NCBI GenBank assembly: GCA_002269645.1
Contig: NIVC01000600.1
Span: forward strand, 62,001 to 126,000
Direction of reading: 5' to 3'
DNA from: Macrostomum lignano
Taxonomy: Eukaryota
Length of the DNA stretch: 64,000 bases
The position numbers and the translations under genes were made by a program. Below, in pieces: positions 52,098 through 62,974 of this stretch (its first letter is position 1; each line of letters starts with the position of its first letter). The notes under the pieces are model-generated. The model was not told the DNA's origin, ran no database searches, and saw only the letters and a list, made by a program, of their open reading frames with translations.

Positions 52098-53610
52098 AAC
52101 GAGGGTGGTTTGGCACGGATTATCGAGGGTGGTTTGGATTATCGAGGGTGGTTTGGCACGGATTATCGAGGGTGGTTTTGCAAGGATTATCGAGGGTGGT
52201 TTGGCACGGATTATCGAGGGTGGTTTTGCAAGGATTATCGAGGGTGGTTTGGATTATCGAGGGTGGTTTTGCAAGGATTATCGAGGGTGGTGTGGATTAT
52301 CGAGGGTGGTTTTGCAAGGATTATCGAGGGTGGTTTGGATTATCGAGGGTGGTTTGGATTATCGAGGGTGGTTTGGATTATCGAGGGTGGTTTGGATTAT
52401 CGAGGGTGGTTTGGCATGGATTATCTACGGTGGTTTGGATTATCGAGGGCGATTTGGCAAGGATTATCGAGGGTTGTTTTGTAAGGATTATCGAGGGTGG
52501 TTTGGATTATCGAGGGTGGTTTGGATTATCGAGGGTGGTTTGGCACAGATTATCGAGGGAGGTTTGGATTATCGAGGGTGGTTTGGATTATCGAGGGTGG
52601 TTTGGATTATCGAGGGTGGTTTGGCACAGATTATCGAGGGTGGTTTGACACGGATTATCGACGGTGGTTTGGATTATCGAGGGCGATTTGGCAAGGATTA
52701 TCGAGGGTGGTTTTGTAAGGATTATCGAGGGTGGTTTGGATGGATTATCGAGGGTGGTTTGGATGGATTATCGAGGGTGGTTTGGATTATCGAGGGTGGT
52801 TTGGATTATCGAGGGTGGTTTGGATTATCGAGGGTGGTTTGGATTATCGAGGGTGGTTTGGATTATCGAGGGTGGTTTGGATTATCGAGGGTGGTTTGGA
52901 TTATCGAGGGTGGTTTGGATTATCGAGGGTGGTTTGGATTATCGAGGGTGGTTTGGATTATCGAGGGTGGTTTGGATTATCGAGGGTGGTTTGGCATGGA
53001 TTATCTACGGTGGTTTGGATTATCGAGGGCGATTTGGCAAGGATTATCGAGGGTTGTTTTGTAAGGATTATCGAGGGTGGTTTGGATTATCGAGGGTGGT
53101 TTGGATTATCGAGGGTGGTTTGGATTATCGAGGGTGGTTTGGATTATCGAGGGTGGTTTGGCACAGATTATCGAGGGAGGTTTGGATTATCGAGGGTGGT
53201 TTGGATTATCGAGGGTGGTTTGGATTATCGAGGGTGGTTTGGCACAGATTATCGAGGGTGGTTTGGCACGGATTATCAAGGGTGGTTTGGCATGGATTAT
53301 CGAGGGTGGTTTGGCATGGATTATCGAGGGTGGTTTGGCATGGATTATCGACAGTGGTTTGGATTATCGAGGGCGGTTTGGCACGGATTATCGAGGGTGG
53401 TTTGGCACGGATTATCGAGGGTGGTTTGGCACGGATTATCGAGGGTGGTTTGGCACGGATTATCGAGGGTGGTTTGGCACGGATTATCGAGGGTGGTTTG
53501 GCACGGATTATCGACCGTGGTTTGGCACGGATTATCGAGGGTGGTTTGGCATGGATTATCGAGGGTGGTTTGGATTATCGAGGGTGGTTTGGATTATCGA
53601 GGGCGGCTTG
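52098..53610 (+). repeat. 19/24 bp minisatellite (GGATTATCGAGGGTGGTTT[GGCAC])
   Basis: Tandem array. Confidence 0.96.
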
Positions 53611-54167
53611 GCAAGCCCAGTAAACTAAGTCAAAGACAGCAAGTTTCAATCAATTTGAAATATGGATTAGAAACACGTTAGCAATATGCAGAAAAACAAA
53701 ACACACCGTTAACTGGGGTTCACTCTGACAAAAGTTAATTTATTTTTGATTAGTTTCACAACAAATCTAGCAAGTTGATAAACAATTTGCAAAGCAAACT
53801 GAAGCAAAAGGAATTGGTCTGTTGCAGACAGGTCTCAATTCTCGCATTTTAAGCAGAGAGAGTTTAAAAATGGATAAATTACAGGATTAAAAAAGCAACA
53901 GATAGACAGAATTGAATTCACTGTGTTTTAGCTATTGTTTTTGGCCTCTGTAGAGAATTAAAGTCTCCGAATTATTATATAATGCATATAATAATAACAT
54001 AAGTCCCTGTGACAGGCGGCAGCAACTACTTCACATCTAAGCCAACAGTAGGGAGCCTCTCGCAATCTGAATAACAGTGATAAGCAAAATTGTGCTGGAC
54101 AATCATTCAACACAACAGGAGAAGCAGAAATATTCTTGCTAATTAATAAAAAACTAGGGTAGCCGAT

Positions 54168-54680
54168 TGAATGGGCGATTCCTTGGTGGGTCAGCAGAGC
54201 GATTTCTTAGTGGGTCAGCAGGCGATTCCTTGGTGGGTCAGGAGGGCGATTCCTTGGTGGGTCAGGGGGCACTTCGTTGGTGGGTCAGGAGAGCGATTCC
54301 TTGGTGGGTCAGGAGGGCGATTCCTTGGTGGGTCAGGAGGGCGATTCCTTGGTGGGTCAGGGGGCACTTCGTTGGTGGGTCAGGAGAGCGATTCCTTGGT
54401 GGGTCAGGAGGGCGATTCCTTGGTGGGTCAGGAGGGCGATTCCTTGGTGGGTCAGGGGGCACTTCGTTGGTGGGTCAGGAGAGCGATTCCTTGGTGGGTC
54501 AGGAGGGCGATTCCTTGGTGGGTCAGGAGGGCGATTCCTTGGTGGGTCAGGAGGGCGATTCCTTGGTGGGTCAGCAGGGGATTCCTTGGTGGGTCAGGAG
54601 AGCGATTCCTTGGTGGGTCAGGAGAGCGATTCCTTGGTGGGTCAGGAGGGCGATTCCTCGGTGGGTCAGGAGGCACTTCG
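54168..54680 (+). repeat. 24 bp minisatellite (GGCGATTCCTTGGTGGGTCAGGAG)
   Basis: Tandem array. Confidence 0.94.
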
Positions 54681-54930
54681 TTGAAGGGACACCTCACACA
54701 GATCCCCACATTCTCAATCGGAAATGTTTTCAGTGGAACATCAAGGGCACAGATGAAGAAGCAAGCTTAGACAAAGAGAACTTATAAAATCATATTTTTG
54801 TTTGGCTAAGCTGTTGGAGCTTGTAATAACATATTTAGCAAATCAAACGAATGACTGCTAATAGTACAAGACATTTTCACATCAATCGTTACATTCATTC
54901 AGTATATATTGAGCAGTAAGTCATGCTATT

Positions 54931-55198
54931 GTTACAGACCAGATCTAGCTGCAGTTACAGACCAGATCTAGCTGCAGTTACAGGGCAGATCTAGCTGCAG
55001 TTACAGGGCAGATCTAGCTGCAGTTACAGGGCAGATCTAGCTGCAGTTACAGGGCAGATCTAGCTGCAGTTACAGACCAGATCTAGCTGCAGTTACAGAC
55101 CAGATCTAGCTGCAGTTACAGACCAGATCTAGCTGCAGTTACAGACCAGATCTAGCTGCAGTTACAGACCAGATCTAGCTGCAGTTACAGACCAGATC
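54931..55198 (-). repeat. 23 bp repeat, about 11.5 units (plus strand GACCAGATCTAGCTGCAGTTACA), overlapping the Erlin stop codon
   Basis: Tandem array whose terminal unit encodes DLVCNCS*. Confidence 0.95.
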
Positions 55199-55794
55199 AC
55201 GGCTGCCGCTTCCCAGCGGTGGCGGCGGGACCGGCCTTTGCGGCCCAGCGGAAAGCATGACATTCTCGCTAAGCATGGTTGGAATGCTCTGGCCAAAGTA
55301 GATCTTGGTATTGTTAAACAAAGCCAGTAAGCGGGTGTACTCAAGGAACTCGGGCGTCAGCCGCAGCTTGTTGCCTTCGGCCTCCTTCTGCAGCCGGTAG
55401 AACTCGCTGTCAGTGGCCTGCTTGGCCCGGTACAGCTCCGCGTCCGAGTGGGACCGGGAGCGGGCGAGAGCGGCCTGGTCCTCGATCTCGGAGATCTTCT
55501 TCTCGCTCTCCTTCTGCGTGATCTTCATCTCCCATTCAATGCGCGAGATCTGGGCGGCCTTCTCAGCGTTGATGACGGCCTTCTTGCGCTCGGTCTCGGC
55601 CAGTTTCTCTTCAACACGCTGCCGCTCATTGGCGATCATCAGCTGCGTCTTCTCGGCCTCCATGGATTCGTAGTTCTTGCGCAGCGTCTCCGGGATCTTC
55701 GGCTTGGTGACGCGGACGGCCACGATTGAGAGGCCGGGAGCCATCTTGGTGAGGTCCTCTTGCAGGGCCGACTTCAGGTTCTCATCGATTTGGT
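55175..55794 (-). CDS. ERLIN: Erlin (ER lipid raft SPFH protein), exon 4 (terminal)
   Basis: [20 protein letters not shown]...[10 protein letters not shown]...MEAEKT...AETERKKA...KIYFG; phase-1 acceptor. Confidence 0.96.
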
Positions 55795-55914
55795 CTGCGG
55801 GTGCGGTGGGATGGGGGGGGGAGTCTTCAGTCTGGTGCCGGGGTTGCGTTCGACATTAAAACGGTTGGGGTGGCAACTCTCCCCGTTCTCATGCCTCCTT
55901 TTCTTTTACCTCAA

Positions 55915-57050
55915 CTCCCCTCTCGAATCCTTCCCTCTCTAATCCCTCCTCTCGAATCCTTCCCTCTCTAATCCCTCCTCTCGAATCCTTCCCTCTCTAA
56001 TCCCTCCTCTCGAATCCTTCCCTCTCTAATCCCTCCTCTCGAATCCTTCCCTCTCTAATCCCTCCTCTCGAATCCTTCCCTCTCTAATCCCTCCTCTCGA
56101 ATCCTTCCCTCTCTAATCCCTCCTCTCTAATCCCTCCTCTCGAATCCTTCCCTCTCTAATCCCTCCTCTCTAATTCCTCCTCTTGAATCCCTCCTCTCGA
56201 ATCCTTCCCTCTCGAATCCTTCCCTCTCTAATCCCTCCTCTCGAATCCTTCCCTCTCTAATCCCTCCTCTCGAATCCTTCCCTCTCTAATCCCTCCTCTC
56301 TAATCCCTCCTCTCGAATCCTTCCCTCTCTAATCCCTCCTCTCTAATCCCTCCTCTCGAATCCTTCCCTCTCTAATCCCTCCTCTCGAATCCTTCCCTCT
56401 CTAATCCCTCCTCTCGAATCCTTCCCTCTCTAATCCCTCCTCTCGAATCCTTCCCTCTCTAATCCCTCCTCTCGAATCCTTCCCTCTCTAATCCCTCCTC
56501 TCGAATCCTTCCCTCTCTAATCCCTCCTCTCTAATCCCTCCTCTCGAATCCTTCCCTCTCTAATCCCTCCTCTCTAATTCCTCCTCTTGAATCCCTCCTC
56601 TCGAATCCTTCCCTCTCTAACCCCTCCTCTCTAATCCTTCCCTCTCTAATCCCTCCTCTCTAATCCCTCCTCTCGAATCCTTCCCTCTCTAATCCCTCCT
56701 CTCTAATCCCTCCTCTCGAATCCTTCCCTCTCTAATCCCTCCTCTCTAATCCCTCCTCTCGAATCCTTCCCTCTCTAATCCCTCCTCTCTAATCCCTCCT
56801 CTCGAATCCTTCCCTCTCTAATCCCTCCTCTCGAATCCTTCCCTCTCTAATCCCTCCTCTCGAATCCTTTCCTCTCTAATCCCACCCTCTCTAATCCTTC
56901 CCTCTCTAATCCCTCCTCTCGAATCCTTCCCTCTCTAATCCCTCCTCTCTAATCCCTCCTCTCGAATCCTTCCCTCTCTAATCCCTCCTCTCGAATCCTT
57001 TCCTCTCTAATCCCACCCTCTCTAATCCCTTTCTGTCTAATCCCCCTGCT
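55915..57050 (+). repeat. 14+15 bp dimeric minisatellite (TCTCGAATCCTTCCC/TCTCTAATCCCTCC) in Erlin intron 3
   Basis: Tandem array. Confidence 0.95.
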
Positions 57051-57229
57051 TATGCAATCCCTCAACCCTTCTCTAACCCTTCCCTCTAGACTCTAATCCA
57101 CACCTCTCCTGTCTAATAATTTTCTCATCCTTTTCTTTCCTCTTATGCTGAATCTCTAATGCCCCCTTTTCCTTTCTCATCTCCTCAGAAGCAGCACGCC
57201 TGTTTGGGCCAACTGCGGCATCAGCTCAC

Positions 57230-57464
57230 CGAACTTTTTAATGTAGACATCCTGCAGAGTATTCACTGAGCAGAACTGATTCAACTCGTGATGGATTTTA
57301 TTGTAAATCAGCGTTCTGTCGTAATCGACAGAGAATTTCTTTACAACAGTGTGCGCGCTCTCCATGTCCAGGATGTTGACAACTTCGATCCGCTCGAAGT
57401 AGATCAGAACTCCGCCAGATGTTCCGCAGGGCACATTCTTCACCTCATCTGTTTGCAGGGTCAC
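57230..57464 (-). CDS. ERLIN: Erlin, exon 3
   Basis: [30 protein letters not shown]...[12 protein letters not shown], near-identical to the Erlin signature. Donor G|GTGAGC. Confidence 0.97.
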
Positions 57465-57519
57465 CTGGTGCGCGGGGATGGCGGTGCAGAAATGCAACAG
57501 GTTTAGCTCGGGACATCTG

Positions 57520-57880
57520 GGAGGGTGGCGGCTGGCCCAGCAACTGAGGATCTGGGAGGCTGGTGGCCCAGCAACTGCGGATCTGGGAGGCTGGCCCAGC
57601 AACTGACACTCTGGGAGGCTGGTGGCCCAGCTACTGAGGATCTGGGAGGCTGGCCCAGCAACTGAGGATCTGTGAGGCTGGTGGCCCAGCAACTGAGGAT
57701 CTGGGAGGCTGGCCCAGCAACTGAGGATCTGTGAGGCTGGTGGCCCAGCAACTGAGGATCTGGGAGGCTGGCCCAGCAACTGAGGATCTGGGAGGCTGGC
57801 CCAGCAACTGAGGATCTGGGAGGCTGGTGGCCCAGCAACTAAGGATCTGGGAGGCTGGCCCAGCAACTGAGGGTCTGCGA
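57520..57880 (+). repeat. 28/31 bp minisatellite (GCTGGCCCAGCAACTGAGGATCTGGGAG) in Erlin intron 2
   Basis: Tandem array. Confidence 0.93.
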
Positions 57881-57913
57881 AGAAAGTAGATTTCAGCACT
57901 GGCAACATCCTAC

Positions 57914-58017
57914 CTGAACGTGTCGCACAGAGGTGATCAGGGGGAACATGACGTGCATTCCAGGCTGGGACACGGTCTGCAGCAGGGCGCCGGCTCGATA
58001 GTAAACACCAACGTAAC
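57914..58017 (-). CDS. ERLIN: Erlin, exon 2
   Basis: [35 protein letters not shown] matches Erlin GHIGVYYRGGALL...PGFHLMLPFITS..VQ. Phases 1/0. Confidence 0.95.
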
Positions 58018-58135
58018 CTAAATGCGAAAAAAATTTTTAGCTGCTTTTCTCATATTTCTACTGTAAGTAGCTGAAATAGACGCGCATGAAAAAATAGAAA
58101 TAGCACTAAATGAAGAAGTTATCAATTCCGCGCAC

Positions 58136-58223
58136 CCTCGGGCACCATGTGAAGGCCCATAAAGCAGGCCCAAGCGAAAACTCCAACCAGACAGGCGGCG
58201 ACTGAAATCTGCGGGTTCATCAT
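58136..58223 (-). CDS. ERLIN: Erlin, exon 1 (N-terminal membrane anchor); total CDS 1047 nt / 348 aa
   Basis: MMNPQISVAACLVGVFAWACFMGLHMVPE; phase-1 donor G|GTGCGC. Confidence 0.85.
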
Positions 58224-58605
58224 CTCAGAAGAAACTCGCTAAGAGCTGGACTGCAAGCTGGAATGCGGCACGGAACGGTTGGAAATATGAAGAATCATCA
58301 ATAGCTGCTCAAGGAAATCATCAATAACTGCTCAAGGTAATTATCATTAACTGTTTATTGTAGAACTCAATGGGAAATAGATATACTAAGAAGTGGTGGC
58401 TACTCACGAGTAGTTAATAACTTTACTTTTCAAAATATGTTAAAGTTAATAAAGCTTCAGGATGAAAAAATGTAAAGAATGGATCGCAAACAGTACAAAT
58501 ATATTTTGATTTTTAAAACGTAGCTAAAATCGAGGCAAACGCAGAAATGAAGCATATTGCTAAGGAATGAACTTTACAGATCTGATAACCGGGGAGCTAC
58601 TCTGT

Positions 58606-59748
58606 GGATTGGGGAGTGACATTTCAGATCGGGAAGTGACATTTCAGATCGGAGAGTGACATTTCAGATCGGGGAGTGACATTTCAGACCCGGTAGTGAC
58701 ATTTTAGATCGGAGAGTGACATTTCAGATCGGGGAGTGACATTTCAGATCGGAGAGTGACATTTCAGACCCGGGAGTGACATTTCAGACGAGGAAGTGAG
58801 ATTTTAGACCGGGGAGTGACATTTCAGATCGGGGAGTGACACTTTAGACACGGGAGTGACACTTCGGATCGGGGAGTGACATTTCAGACCCGGGAGTGAC
58901 ACTTCGGATCGGGAAGTGACATTTCAGACATGGTAGTGACATTTCAGACCCGGTAGTGACATTTCAGATCGGGAAGTGACATTTCAAATCGGGGAGTGAC
59001 ATTTCACATCGGAGAGTGACATTTCAGACCCGGGAGTGACATTTCCAATCGGGGAGTGACATTTCCGATCGGGGAGTGACATTTCAGACACGGGAGTGAC
59101 ATTTCAGATCGGGGAGTGACACTTCGGATCGGGGAGTGACATTTCAGACCCGAAAGTGACATTTCAGACCCGGGAGTGACATTTCAGACCCGGGAGTGAC
59201 ATTTCAGACCGGGGAGTGATATTTTAGATCGGGGAGTGACATTTTAGACCGGGAGTGACATTTCAGATCGGGGAGTGACACTTCAGACCCGGGAGTGACA
59301 CTTCGGATCGGGGAGTGACATTTCGAATCGAGGAGTGACATTTCAAACCGGGGAGTGACATTTCAAATCGGGAAGTGAAATTTAGGATGGGGAGTGATAT
59401 TTGAGATCCGGGAGTGACATTTCAGACCGGGGAGTGACACTTCGGATCGGGGAGTGACATTTCAGATAGGGAAGTGACATTTCAGACATGGTAGTGACAT
59501 TTCAGACATGGTAGTGACATTTCAGATCGGGAAGTGACATTTCAGATCGGAGAGTGACATTTCAGATGGGGGAGTGACATTTCAGATCGGAGAGTGACAT
59601 TTCAGACCCGGGAGTGACATTTCAGACCCGGGAGTGACATTTCGGATCGGGGAGTCACATTTCAGACCCGGGAGTGACATTTCAGATCGGGGAGTGACAT
59701 TTCAGACCCGGGAGTGACATTTCAGACCCGGGAGTGACATTTCGGATC
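58606..59748 (-). repeat. 20 bp minisatellite (plus strand GATCGGGGAGTGACATTTCA), overlapping the FBXO22 stop codon
   Basis: About 57 units; the terminal units encode DPKCHSRV*. Confidence 0.95.
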
Positions 59749-60045
59749 TGGAGGACCCTTGGACCAGGACAGCACGCACAGGCTGGTGCGGTAGGCCCTC
59801 AAGCCAAGTGGCGGGCTGGGCACATCCGCAAACCGCTCCCCAGGCGAGCAGTTCCTGCTGAACTCGCCCTCGGAGAACAGGCCCAGCACTGGCACGCCGG
59901 GCAGCAGGCGACTGAACACGCCGGTCTCGATGTCCGGCTGGTCCAAGTAGTGCTTGCTGCCCTTGGCGCAGCAGATGAACATGAAGGCCAGGCACTGGCC
60001 AGGCAGGAGAGGCTGCAGAGACGACAGCTTTAGCGAGCGGAGAGT
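59722..60045 (-). CDS. FBXO22: FBXO22-like F-box/FIST protein, exon 4 (FIST-C, terminal)
   Basis: LAFMFICCAKGSKHY....IETGVFSRLLPGVPVLGLFSEGEF matches FBXO22 GFMFACVGRG..YY...[24 protein letters not shown]. Acceptor ctctttAG, phase 0. Confidence 0.88.
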   Translation of the reverse strand, partial: TLRSLKLSSLQPLLPGQCLAFMFICCAKGSKHYLDQPDIETGVFSRLLPGVPVLGLFSEGEFSRNCSPGERFADVPSPPLGLRAYRTSLCVLSWSKGPPDPKCHSRV

Positions 60046-60099
60046 CTAAAGAGAGAGAGAGAGAGGGGGGGGGCATCTCAAAAACAAATTTTAAGGGAA

Positions 60100-60480
60100 A
60101 GAGATGAGATAAGACAGGGTGAGACTAGATGGGAGATGTTGGACAACAAGGAGAGAGATGAGATAAGACAGGGTGAGACTAGATGGGAGATGTTCGACAA
60201 CAAGGAGAGAGATGAGATAAGACAGGGTGAGACTAGATGCTAGACAACAAGGAGAGAGATGAGATGAGACAGGGTGAGACTAGATGGGAGATGTTCGACA
60301 ATAAGGAGAGAGATGAGATAAGACAGGGTGAGACTAGATGCTAGACAACAAGGAGAGAGATGAGATAAGATAGGGTGGGACTAGATGCTAGACAACAGGG
60401 AGAGAGATGAGATGAGATAGGGTGGGACTAGATGCTAGACAACAGGGAGAGATGAGATGAGACACGGTGAGACTGGAGAT
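60100..60480 (+). repeat. ~45-55 bp repeat (GAGATGAGATAAGACAGGGTGAGACTAGATG...GACAACAAGGA) in FBXO22 intron 3
   Basis: About 7 units. Confidence 0.9.
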
Positions 60481-60527
60481 GCTACACAAGAGATAAGAAA
60501 CGGGCGGCGGAGACAGAGCAATCTCAC

Positions 60528-60881
60528 CCTCTCCAAGTCCTCCGCATCGGTGACCATGGCGGACAGAACTCGCAGCCGATCTCCATAGAACACCAGCCTG
60601 CTGTGATCGATCCCAGCATCCGATCCGGCTTCATCGGTGGCTCCGGCTGCCTCGGTGTGAAAGTAGCTGCAAAGGCCGCCGCAGACGATCATGTCGGGAT
60701 GCTCAGCAAGCAGGCGACGCTCTGGCTGGCCTGCTCCGAACCGGCGGTTGCCGTTTCTGTTTGGCAAGGCCAGCAGCAGCTTCGGCGAAGCTCCCGGCGG
60801 CAGCGGCTCGCCGGCCGATGCCACGCCGAATCGGCGCGGATCATCGCCTGGACAGGTGTACAGGCGGACGTGGGCCAGGCC
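60528..60881 (-). CDS. FBXO22: FBXO22-like, exon 3 (FIST-N region)
   Basis: Open frame GLAHVRLY...KLLLAL...DMIVCGG...LVFYGDRLRVLSAMV; AG and GT both in phase 0. Confidence 0.8.
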
Positions 60882-60899
60882 CTGTGCAGGATTGGCGAT

Positions 60900-61035
60900 T
60901 GGGTAAACGGCGGGTAACTATTAAGTAAAATTATTAATTATTAAAAATTGAGTAACTATGACTGTCCTTTTAAAAATGATCGCTTCGTCATCTATTTAGT
61001 TGATTTTATTCGGGTAAACGGCGGGAGTAACTATG
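60900..61035 (+). other. Degenerate fragments of nuclear 28S rRNA (helix 68-69 region), three partial copies, antisense to the host gene
   Basis: 61011-61035 CGGGTAAACGGCGGGAGTAACTATG is identical to the universal eukaryotic LSU sequence as recalled. GAGTAACTATGACT (60950-60963) and TCGTCATCTAtTTAGT (60985-61000) are separated by exactly the 21 nt seen in 28S. Confidence 0.75.
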
Positions 61036-61194
61036 CATGTATTTTAATTAGTAAACGCTTTGTCATAGAATCAGTAATTCATAGGTAAACAACATGAGTC
61101 AAGATTTTAACCAATAAGCGTTTCGTCGTCAAACTAAGCCTTCATCAACTTTCATCAACCTCGTAATTGCTCAGAACTCCCTCTCTCTGCTCAC

Positions 61195-61422
61195 ATGCAT
61201 CTGGCGAACGTCACTGCTCTTGCCGGTCTCCATCTCCACGGGGACACCGGCCGCGCCCTCCGGGGTGCCGATGGCGCCGGCGAAGCTGCCGGCCAGGTGG
61301 AGACGCGCGCCTGGTGGCAGTTCGGCTGCAGCGAAGGCCTTCAGCGCCTGAAGGTGGCTGCTTCCTCTGCCGGCGGATTCGGTTGAGCTGCTGGATGATG
61401 CCGAGGATGATGCTGATGCGGC
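61195..61422 (-). CDS. FBXO22: FBXO22-like, exon 2
   Basis: 228 nt, phases 0/0. AAELPPGARLHL...GAIGTPEG...PVEMETG resembles FBXO22 KLFPKQCQVL...GIVVTPMG...PQEIEIG. Confidence 0.78.
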
Positions 61423-61465
61423 CTGAGAGATTTATGGCATGCCGTTGCGGCTTGAGGCAGCGAAC

Positions 61466-62530
61466 TCACTGTCATGTCTCCCCTGGAACCTTACTGTCTC
61501 CCCTGGAACCTCACTGTCTCCCCTGGAACCTCACTGTCTCCCCTGGAACCTCACTGTCTCCCCTGGAACCTCACTGTCTCCCCTGGAACCTCACTGTCTC
61601 CCCTGGAACCTCACTGTCTCCCCTGGAACCTCACTGTCTCCCCTGGAACCTCACTGTCTCCCCTGGAACCTCACTGTCTCCCCTGGAACCTCACTGTCTC
61701 CCCTGGAACCTCACTGTCTCCCCTGGAACCTCACTGTCTCCCCTGGAACCTCACTGTCTCCCCTGGAACCTCACTGTCTCCCCTGGAACCTCACTGTCTC
61801 CCCTGGAACCTCACTGTCTCCCCTGGAACCTCACTGTCTCCCCTGGAACCTCACTGTCTCCCCTGGAACCTCACTGTCTCCCCTGGAACCTCACTGTCTC
61901 CCCTGGAACCTCACTGTCTCCCCTGGAACCTCACTGTCTCCCCTGGAACCTCACTGTCTCCCCTGGAACCTCACTGTCTCCCCTGGAACCTCACTGTCTC
62001 CCCTGGAACCTCACTGTCTCCCCTGGAACCTCACTGTCTCCCCTGGAACCTCACTGTCTCCCCTGGAACCTCACTGTCTCCCCTGGAACCTCACTGTCTC
62101 CCCTGGAACCTCACTGTCTCCCCTGGAACCTCACTGTCTCCCCTGGAACCTCACTGTCTCCCCTGGAACCTTTGTCTCCCCTGGAACATCACTACATCCC
62201 CTGGAACCTCACTGTCTCCCCTGGAACCTCACTGTCTCCCCTGGAACCTTTGTCTCCCCTGGAACATCACTACATCCCCTGGAACCTCACTGTCTCCCCT
62301 CACTGCATCCCCTGGAACCTCACTGTCTCCCCTGGAACCTCACTGTCTCCCCTGGAACCTCACTGTCTCCCCTTGAACTTCACTGTCTCCCCTGGAACCT
62401 CACTGTCTCCCCTCACTGCATCCCCTGGAATCTCACTGTCTCCCCTCACTGTCTCCCCTGGAACCTCACTGTCTCCCCTGGAACCTCACTGCATTCCCTG
62501 AAACCTGTCTCCCCTGGAACCTCACTGCAT
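61466..62530 (+). repeat. 20 bp minisatellite (CCTGGAACCTCACTGTCTCC) in FBXO22 intron 1
   Basis: About 33 perfect consecutive units, then degenerate. Confidence 0.97.
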
Positions 62531-62548
62531 CCCCAGATTCCCACCAAC

Positions 62549-62974
62549 CGTCTGCTGCCGCCTCCTGCTCCGTTTGGCAGGCGGCGAACCCAGCTCGGCC
62601 TCGGCCATCTCTCCAGCCGTGGCGGCGAGCTTGGCTCTGAGAAATTCGACATCGCAGAAGACCAACAGCCGATACGGCAGGTGCCAGTCGGCACGCAGCT
62701 CGGTGAGCAGCAGGCCGAACCGCTTGGCCAGCTCAGCATAGGACAGCCGACAGTGGATCCCGTTGGCCGGGGCTCCGGATGGCCACTCGTACGCCAGCAG
62801 GCCGTGCTTAGCGATCGGACAGCAACGCCGCCGCTCTAGCTCCCGCTGAGCAACCCGCTGCCACAGCTGGCTGACCTGGCACAGGCGGGCCAGATCGTTC
62901 CGGCTTGAATAGGCTACCACTCTGGTTGCTACGGAGAATTGCTCCAGCGGATTGGAGCTCGCGCACTGCGCCAT
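62549..62974 (-). CDS. FBXO22: FBXO22-like, exon 1 (F-box plus basic NLS-like PAKRSRRR); total 443 aa
   Basis: VATRVVAYSSRNDLARLCQVSQLWQRVAQREL is F-box-like. An in-frame TGA lies upstream of the ATG; donor ACG|GTTGGT, phase 0. Confidence 0.82.

Noticed and set aside
55175-55190. Erlin C-terminal CNCS as a CaaX/CxC prenylation signal
   Set aside because: The Erlin C-terminus is ER-luminal and the residues are satellite-encoded.
61060-61165. Canonical C/D snoRNA in FBXO22 intron 2 (minus-strand TGATGA twice and a CTGA)
   Set aside because: The rRNA-complementary stretches lie outside the C-D interval and are not followed by CUGA boxes at the +5 position, so a canonical snoRNA is not supported. 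The rRNA similarity itself is kept as a finding.
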